A stretch of 64,000 nt of DNA from Sphaerodactylus townsendi (Eukaryota): the NCBI RefSeq assembly GCF_021028975.2, contig NC_059426.1, positions 66,712,001-66,776,000 of the forward strand, read 5' to 3'. The notes beneath the pieces were generated by a model. That model saw nothing but the letters and a program-made list of their open reading frames with translations, was not told the origin of the DNA and searched no databases. This document shows positions 63,112 to 64,000 of this stretch, piece after piece. Made by a program: the position numbers and the translations under genes. Within the stretch, counting starts at the first letter, position 1. Every line of letters starts with the position of its first letter.

Positions 63112-64000
63112 TTTAGGGATTCTTTCAGAGTTACATGATGAACCACAGAATCTTACCAATCAGTGAGCAAGTCCATAAAAGAATTGTCTTCTAAAGAGAT
63201 TGCTGATGCTGAGCTGGAGATGTGAAGAAAGAGGCTGCTGATGGAGACAAGTAGCCCTCACTGAAATCTCTTCACTACTAACATTAAACTTCACAAGGAC
63301 TGGAAAATTTGCCTGCAATGAGATTTGATTTTTTCCTTTCTTTGATATGAGAGCAAGCACTATTAAAGAACCACCTACTAAAACCACTGCCAAAACATTG
63401 CGGGATTCACTTCTGTCTTTTAAAGGGGGTGGGGGAATATTTGACTCATTAAAGCATAATGAATCAAACTTTTGTTTTTTTTTTGTTTAGCCAATAGTGC
63501 ACTCACTGACATCTAAAAAATTATAGAAAAAATTGTTTCACGCAATATAAGATTTCATATTTAGTGGGATGCACCTGAACGATATGCCTCCTCTTCCTCT
63601 ATCTGTGGATACTTTTAGGAAAGTAGTCTAAAGACGGAAGTCCTTGGTCCTGCCCTGGATGCTACCATTTCTCAAAGAAAGTAAGATGAAGTGCTAGATC
63701 AACCTAGGCTGGTACAATATCTGAGTCTAGATCGATCACCAGATCTGTATGCTTGCAGAAAGAGATGCTGGCTGAATAAAACCATTAGTGACCTAAGAGT
63801 GTCTGGGGATTAAGTAATGTGGGTCACTCAGGACGTCAGCACCATGGACAGTGGCTGATTTGTTTTGAAGCTCTTGGAAATCCTATCTGCATAGGTGGCA
63901 CGAGGCTAGCATGTGCTGCTGGCAAAGGGAGGTGGAAAATGTGTGAGATTTTTAGTTGGTACTGTTGACTTCTAGTCTCTTTGGCACTGAAAACAGAGTA

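Overview
This is a vertebrate genomic window with a squamate, gecko-like repeat complement, and it has no prokaryotic content. It holds two complete spliced genes on the + strand. CRYBA2 (betaA2-crystallin, 196 aa) has 4 coding exons at 11042-20816, plus a predicted non-coding exon 1 behind a perfect Maf element and TATA box at about 8650-8775. FEV/Pet-1 (ETS factor, 208 aa) has 3 exons at 35281-45272 with a CpG-island promoter. The order matches the conserved CRYBA2-FEV synteny. The rest is intronic or intergenic and dense in transposons: Squam3/Squam2/Sauria-type SINEs, CR1/L2 fragments, many hAT MITEs with clear 8-bp target-site duplications (including SPIN-like and OC1-like elements), Harbinger-like MITEs, a non-autonomous Helitron and solo LTRs. 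The most unusual structure is a family of palindromic Penelope-derived elements carrying a minimal hammerhead-ribozyme motif on each arm. In both intronic copies the host-sense ribozyme is broken. Almost all other ORFs in the supplied track are spurious. Repeat family names come from recognition of sequence hallmarks, not from a database search.
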